From Microcoleus sp. (GTDB lineage Bacteria > Cyanobacteriota > Cyanobacteriia > Cyanobacteriales > Microcoleaceae), in contig JAYFMW010000006.1 of assembly GCA_042408215.1 (NCBI GenBank), positions 128,001-192,000 of the forward strand: a DNA stretch of 64,000 bases, in the 5' to 3' direction. Below the pieces are notes generated by a model that searched no databases, was not told the origin of the DNA, and worked only from the letters and a program-made list of their open reading frames with translations. The position numbers were made by a program, and so were the translations under genes. This document shows, in pieces, positions 59,098 through 64,000 of this stretch (the stretch's first letter is position 1; each line of letters starts with the position of its first letter).

Positions 59098-60714
59098 GTG
59101 AATACTTACTTTTTACCGACAATAAGCGAGATTTTAGCCTCCGAAGGCAGAGAAAATGACCTCAGTCCCTTGGATGGGAGGTTAGCAGGAGAAAATAGTC
59201 GTCATCGGTGTCCAGGGAGCCGTGGGGCTTTCCGGCTGAAAGCGGAACAGGAATGGTATGGGGCGATCGCAACTTTGAATCAAATGCTCGATCGCCAAAA
59301 ACAGGGACAAAAAACAGATATCTTGGGAGCAAATAGTCGATCGACTCTTCCCAATTCCTGTCAGGGATTGGTGTTGTCGGGCCCATCTTCCGTTTTAACA
59401 GACCCCGCTTTAGCTTCCGGGTTGGCCAATTGGATTTTCACCAGTATTCCAGACAATGATGCAGCTTTGTGGTCTTTTCGGGCCAGACAAACTTTAGCTT
59501 TACTCCCGGCTGCTGATGTGCAAATATCAGTGCCTGCTGCTGCGCCTGCGCTGGCTTTGGCGATGGGCGATCCTTTAGCCAACGAGCAGTTTTGTTTGGT
59601 TTTAACGGCTAGTTTTAGCCTGGTGATGGTTTTAGGCGAAAATGCTGTCGGCCTTCCCGCTTTTCTATTTTCTTTCGATCCGCAAGTAGTCGCTTCATCT
59701 TGGGCGGTTTTGCGGCGCAGGGTGACTGACAGCGAAGGTTTGCTGACCAATTCTGACGGCGGTATAAATCTGGCTGTTAGTCAATTAACTAATAATTCTA
59801 CTAAATTAGATGCACTTTTCCAGCAGTTTTCGCCGGTCGAGCCAAATTATAAAATAGTCACGCAGTTCAGCCGCTTGTTGTTGAATAATTTGCCGGTTTG
59901 GAAAGAGGAAACAGGCAGAGTTAAGGATGAAAGAATTGATGATAGTTTGAGGGGAAGGCCTGAAAAGTTACAGGCTAAGAATCTCAACTGTAAATCTCCG
60001 ATTCCTCACGCTACTAAAGAGGTGGAATTGTTGCAGGCGATCGCCCACGAAGTCCGTACTCCTTTGGCTACTATCCGCACTCTGACTCGACTGCTGCTGA
60101 AACGCCCGAAACTCGATGCGGTGGTCATCAAGCGTTTGGAAATGATTGATGCTGAGTGTACCGCTCAGATCGATCGCTTCGGCTTAATTTTCCGGGCCGT
60201 AGAAATGGAAATGTCCCAAGCGAAAAATTCCGCTGTACAGCTAACAGCAATGTCCCTCGGTGAAGTGCTGCTTCATAGCATTCCGCGCTGGCAAAAACAG
60301 GCCTGTCAGCGGAATCATACTTTGGAAGTAATTGTCCCGAAAAAGTTGCCGGCGGTTGTCAGCGATCCGACTATGTTAGATCAGGTTTTAACTGGTTTGA
60401 TTGAGAATTTTACTCGGACTTTGCCGGCGGGGAGTCACATTAAAGTGGGGGTGACTTTGGCGGGCGATCAGTTAAAGTTGCAGTTGGAATCGGAACATTT
60501 ATCTGAAGGTAATGGCCAATCGACTTTCGCAGCTAATACTAATGCTCCTTTGCGATCGATCGGACCTTTATTGATGGTGCAACCGGAGACAGGAAGTTTG
60601 AGTTTAAGTTTGAGCGTGACTAAGAATTTATTTCGGGCGGCTGGGGGAAAGTTGGTGATTCGTCAGCGGCCTGAAAAGGGTGAGGTGATGACGGTGTTTT
60701 TGCCCCTTCAGTAG
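59098..60714 (+). CDS. Cyanobacterial sensor histidine kinase with degenerate HATPase domain
   Basis: H-box AHEVRTPL; LDQVLTGLIENF; no canonical G boxes (QPETGSLSLSL). GTG start inferred. Confidence 0.8.
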   Translation: MNTYFLPTISEILASEGRENDLSPLDGRLAGENSRHRCPGSRGAFRLKAEQEWYGAIATLNQMLDRQKQGQKTDILGANSRSTLPNSCQGLVLSGPSSVLTDPALASGLANWIFTSIPDNDAALWSFRARQTLALLPAADVQISVPAAAPALALAMGDPLANEQFCLVLTASFSLVMVLGENAVGLPAFLFSFDPQVVASSWAVLRRRVTDSEGLLTNSDGGINLAVSQLTNNSTKLDALFQQFSPVEPNYKIVTQFSRLLLNNLPVWKEETGRVKDERIDDSLRGRPEKLQAKNLNCKSPIPHATKEVELLQAIAHEVRTPLATIRTLTRLLLKRPKLDAVVIKRLEMIDAECTAQIDRFGLIFRAVEMEMSQAKNSAVQLTAMSLGEVLLHSIPRWQKQACQRNHTLEVIVPKKLPAVVSDPTMLDQVLTGLIENFTRTLPAGSHIKVGVTLAGDQLKLQLESEHLSEGNGQSTFAANTNAPLRSIGPLLMVQPETGSLSLSLSVTKNLFRAAGGKLVIRQRPEKGEVMTVFLPLQ

Positions 60715-61057
60715 TTATTAGGTTCCGGGGCGGGTTTTACCAACCATAACAGCCCAAAATAAACATCTCATAAACCGCCCCCCCAAGCCCAAAAATCGGT
60801 TCCGGGGCGGGTTTTACCAACCATAACAGCCCAAAATAAACAATCTCATAAACCCGCCCTGGGCCGGGGGGATTCTTCTTCGCAACAGACAGGTAAATAT
60901 AGACTTTGAAAACACGCCCTAGACTGTTAACAAGTAATGAACCCGAAAGGTATTTCTGGGCATAGCTTTTGGAGCTTTGCAGCCAGGCCAGAAATTTTTA
61001 CGGGTTCAACTTTCAGCCGCCGATCGGACTTTCTGAGACTACTGCTGTCGATCGAGA

Positions 61058-62057
61058 TCAAGCATTCGGAAAAACTTCCGCTGAAAACATACGGCGCAGA
61101 ATCTCATAGAAGGGTTCACAATACTTTGCTTGTTCAGGTGACAGACAAGCACAAATTTCCTTCCGCAGTAAGTGAGTCATTTGGCTGACAAGTTCCCAGC
61201 TAACATTTAGTTTGGGGTAAATCATCACGCACAGCGGAAACAGTTCCGTCTCTAGGGCGTGCAGATTGCGTTCGAGCAGACATACCCACATATACACTTG
61301 GAACATCTCGACATCGCGGATACTAGATGTGCGGATATGTGGACTGTTGAGAGGCCCAGAATGACAACGATAGCGTGGATATAGTTGATTTACGCGATCG
61401 ACTACCCGTTCAGAAATCTTGGTCATCACCGGAATCAGCACCCGTACAGATTGCAGTGCTATCGAATCCAATGGATACTTCGCCGCGGCTTGGTAGGCGC
61501 GTTGCAGAGGGCATATACAGATGATCGTCGAGAATCTTGACATAGTTAAGAAAGTTCTCCTGCTCGCCTTCGGGAAGCAAGTCCATCAACTGCATTCCAG
61601 TGTAGTGATACTGCATGGCCACAAAGCCCAGGACGCGGGGATCAATTGCTGTGACTTGCTTTCGGACTTCCCCGAGGACTGGGCTAACTTTGTTGACAAT
61701 ACTATAGGGTGGTAGTTGCTGAGCATAGGCTTCGATCGCAAACTTGTAGACTTTATGAATGCCGCCAGAAATCTGCCAGGGATCAATGAGATCGCCATCA
61801 ATTCCGTGATTAACTAACTCTTTAGCCAGAAAATCATCGGTTCTAGTCCAGGATTTTGCGCTCACAGAACGCAGCGAATCTAACATTTTTTTTGCCATTC
61901 CGGCCCGGCGTCGTTCGACAAACTGATCGTCCACACCAGCCGCCACACCGCCTTTCATCTGCTCCATATATTTTTGGGCAAAGGAAACAGATAAGTCTAC
62001 CGAAGGTGACAGAGGATCAAATGATGTGGAGTCAACCAAAAAGGGATAATTAGTCAT
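61058..62057 (-). CDS. Conserved cyanobacterial hypothetical protein, split by a +1 frameshift at ~61509
   Basis: Removing one C joins DDHLYMP to LQRAYQAAA...RDVEMFQVY.WVC.LE...LFPLCVM.YP. Start uncertain. Confidence 0.7.
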
Positions 62058-62354
62058 GGATCTAGTGTTCACTGCGAAGAGTTTGATAATGATGGTTTGT
62101 TGGTTACATCTGTGATTTATGCGATCGATTATAATGATGTAAGTACCTGAGTGGATGTGATCTAGAATTTGATATCGAGTGATTTAGATCGTAGCGATCG
62201 CTATTCTTTGTAAAAGTGTTCTATATAATTATAATGGTGCCCGTCAGATTGTATCTAAGTCTAATGACTGATTTGTTATGTATTGAATATTATTTGTTGG
62301 GTGTTATTGGTTATTTTTATTACTTGTCAATAACCAATAACCAATAACCAATAA

Positions 62355-63860
62355 TTAACGGCTAACCCGATTCATTCTTTCTTTCAGGGCATTTCGGGCT
62401 TGTTCTCGATCGTCAAAATGGACTTTTTCAGTGCCCAAAATCTGATAATCTTCGTGTCCCTTTCCTGCGATCAGCACGCCATCTCCGGGTTTAGCTTCCA
62501 TAATCGCAGTGCGAATTGCGGTAGCTCGATCGCACAGGACGATCGGCTTGACTTCCGGCCCAATTCCTGCTAGGACATCCTCCAAAATCCGCTCAGGAAC
62601 TTCAGTGCGCGGATTGTCGGAAGTAACAACAGCTAAATCGGCCAATTCTGCCACGATTTTACCCATGATTGGGCGTTTCGTGCGATCGCGATCCCCACCG
62701 CAACCAAACACACAAATCATCTGACCCGGAATAAACGGCCGCGACGCCTTCAACAAGTTTTCCAAACTGTCAGGAGTGTGCGCGTAATCCACAATTACAC
62801 TAATATCTTGGTCAGGACTAATTTGCACCCGTTCCATCCGTCCCGGAACTCCCGAAAACTCCGATAATTTGTCCACAATTGCCGACAAATCCAAACCTAA
62901 CTCCAAAGCAGCACCGACAGCAGCCAGCATATTTGATAAATTGAACTGACCGACTAAAGGCAAAGCAAAAGCAGTTTTTCCCTTGGGAGTATGCAAGATT
63001 CCTTTAACTCCATTGGGCTGATATTGTAAATCATCAGCATACAAATCTGCGGTTTTATCGCTAGTGCTGTAACTCCAAACTTGCTCAGAATTGAGACTTT
63101 CAACTATCCGCCGTCCGTAGGCATCGTCAATATTAACGACCGCCCGACCTTGGAGATAATTGGGACTAAATAACAGCGCTTTCGCATTAAAGTAATCTTC
63201 CATATCCCTATGGAAATCAAGATGGTCTTGAGTCAAATTTGTAAACACTGCAACTTCAAAAGCACAGCCCAAAACTCGCTGCTGTACCAAAGCATGAGAA
63301 CTGACTTCCATCACAGCATATTTGCATCCAGCCGCTACAGATTCTGCTAATTCTTTTTGCAGTTCTACAGCAAAAGGTGTGGTATAAAGTGCGGTTTTTT
63401 CGTAGCCCGGCCAGCGCGTATAAAGCGTGCCGAAAATAGCGGCAGGCCACTGCATTTGATTGAGCAAAAATTCAATTAAATGAGTAGTTGTAGTTTTGCC
63501 GTTGGTGCCGGTAACGCCGACAAGTTTTAATTTGCTGGCTGGATTGCCATAAAATGCGGTTGCTATTTGAGCGCAAACTTGGGCCATATCCGTCGCTGGA
63601 ATGACGCAAGTACCCCCCTCTTGGGAAGGGGTTTTTTGGGCTGCTTGGGTGGAAATTATGGCGGCTACAGCACCAGATTCGATCGCACTTTGCCAAAAAT
63701 CTCCCCCATCTACCCGCGTTCCCGGCATTCCCAAAAATAAATCCCCCGATTGACAAGCATGGGAATTAGTCGATAAACCCTTGACTTCAGCGTCGAGGGC
63801 GGGATGTTTGGCATCAAAGGAAATGCTGGGAACCGCTGCTAATAATTCTCTCAATTTCAT
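62355..63860 (-). CDS. murE: UDP-MurNAc-L-Ala-D-Glu--meso-diaminopimelate ligase
   Basis: GVTGTNGKTT, MEVSSH, TNLTQDHLDFH, DYAHTPD, DNPR, AGKGHE. Confidence 0.97.
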   Translation of the reverse strand: MKLRELLAAVPSISFDAKHPALDAEVKGLSTNSHACQSGDLFLGMPGTRVDGGDFWQSAIESGAVAAIISTQAAQKTPSQEGGTCVIPATDMAQVCAQIATAFYGNPASKLKLVGVTGTNGKTTTTHLIEFLLNQMQWPAAIFGTLYTRWPGYEKTALYTTPFAVELQKELAESVAAGCKYAVMEVSSHALVQQRVLGCAFEVAVFTNLTQDHLDFHRDMEDYFNAKALLFSPNYLQGRAVVNIDDAYGRRIVESLNSEQVWSYSTSDKTADLYADDLQYQPNGVKGILHTPKGKTAFALPLVGQFNLSNMLAAVGAALELGLDLSAIVDKLSEFSGVPGRMERVQISPDQDISVIVDYAHTPDSLENLLKASRPFIPGQMICVFGCGGDRDRTKRPIMGKIVAELADLAVVTSDNPRTEVPERILEDVLAGIGPEVKPIVLCDRATAIRTAIMEAKPGDGVLIAGKGHEDYQILGTEKVHFDDREQARNALKERMNRVSR

Positions 63861-64000
63861 CTGAAAAACTCCTCACTTGGATGTCTTGAATCTATTCTGA
63901 CTGATCTGTTTGCAAATATTTCTGTAACAGTTGCTTCAATTGAGCGACTGTGCAGCGGGGAGAAGGGCGGGGCAACAATTCTTCAGGGGAGAATACAGCA

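Overview
Chromosomal segment of a filamentous cyanobacterium, probably Oscillatoriales (Microcoleus/Tychonema-like; inferred from abundant HIP1 GCGATCGC sites, heptamer tandem repeats, dense palindromic repeats and gene content). The first ~16 kb is accessory. It holds the 3' end of a DNA-phosphorothioation-associated methyltransferase gene and three BrnT/BrnA-type toxin-antitoxin pairs. It also holds a Tat-signal agmatine deiminase bounded by attC-like sites (candidate integrase-less cassette array) and a Phd-like/DUF7689-like gene pair. It ends with a candidate conflict module: CHAT-nSTAND1-TM-WD40/PDZ plus HTH-TRADD-N-like-DUF1822, opposite a divergent three-gene AAA ATPase operon. The rest is mostly core genes (arsA-like, GST, icd, dedA, ahcY, ktrAB, tocopherol genes, cobA/hemD, coaE, tldD, a histidine kinase, murE). 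Among these are a TnpB-only IS200/IS605 element, a PEP-CTERM protein, a ~10 kb TPR/glycosyltransferase gene with REP-derived coding repeats, an FHA-CHAT protein, and a patX-like RGSGR peptide gene preceded by a HetR-box-like palindrome. Several genes are broken by single-base insertions that look like sequencing errors. All family assignments come from motif recognition by eye; no searches were run.
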